From Hemiscyllium ocellatum (taxonomy: Eukaryota): a DNA stretch of 64,000 nucleotides. The first letter of the stretch is position 1; each line of letters starts with the position of its first letter. A model generated the notes under the pieces. That model saw only the letters and a program-made list of their open reading frames with translations. It did no database searches and was not told the DNA's origin. The translations under genes and the position numbers were made by a program. This document shows, piece by piece, positions 63,865 through 64,000 of this stretch. Location of the stretch: positions 13,193,868 to 13,257,867 of the forward strand of contig NC_083449.1 in NCBI RefSeq assembly GCF_020745735.1, given 5' to 3'.

Positions 63865-64000
63865 TGTGAGAACAGGCCCTTCGGCCCAACAAGTCCCCAC
63901 CCCGACCCTCTGAAGAGCAACCCACCCAGACCCATTCCCCTACATTTACCCCTGGCTAATCCTGCGGGCAATTTAGAACGGCCAATTCACCTGACCTGCA
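63865..64000 (-). mobile_element. HE1-like SINE 3' part (runs off the window)
   Basis: acaggcccttcggcccaacaagtcc..ggccaattcacctgacctgca. Confidence 0.8.

Overview
Repeat-rich vertebrate genomic DNA, almost certainly from an elasmobranch (shark), judged from the tRNA-derived HE1-type SINEs, CR1 LINEs and shark-type histones. The left half (about 7.8-33.1 kb) is a replication-dependent histone cluster: a 3'-only H1 remnant, H4(+), H3.2(+), H2A(-), H2B(-) and H1(+). The five intact genes are intronless and each carries the 3' stem-loop. The most notable element is a spliced minus-strand gene at about 35.2-52.4 kb that the ORF track misses as a unit. Four phase-1-compatible exons buried among minisatellites and LINEs join into a ~325-aa protein with the order Zalpha-Zalpha-RHIM-(acidic repeat)-RHIM, the architecture of the Z-DNA/Z-RNA sensor ZBP1/DAI. 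It has ISRE-like motifs at its 5' end and an AATAAA after the stop. Its first exon and start codon are unresolved, partly because of a 735-nt N gap. The window also holds a near-complete Penelope element (RT + GIY-YIG), Penelope-derived fold-back inserts carrying minimal hammerhead ribozyme motifs (one with a 14-bp TSD), a near-full-length CR1 with an esterase ORF1, many CR1/SINE fragments and several minisatellites, one born inside a SINE. All calls come from reading the sequence by eye; no searches were run.
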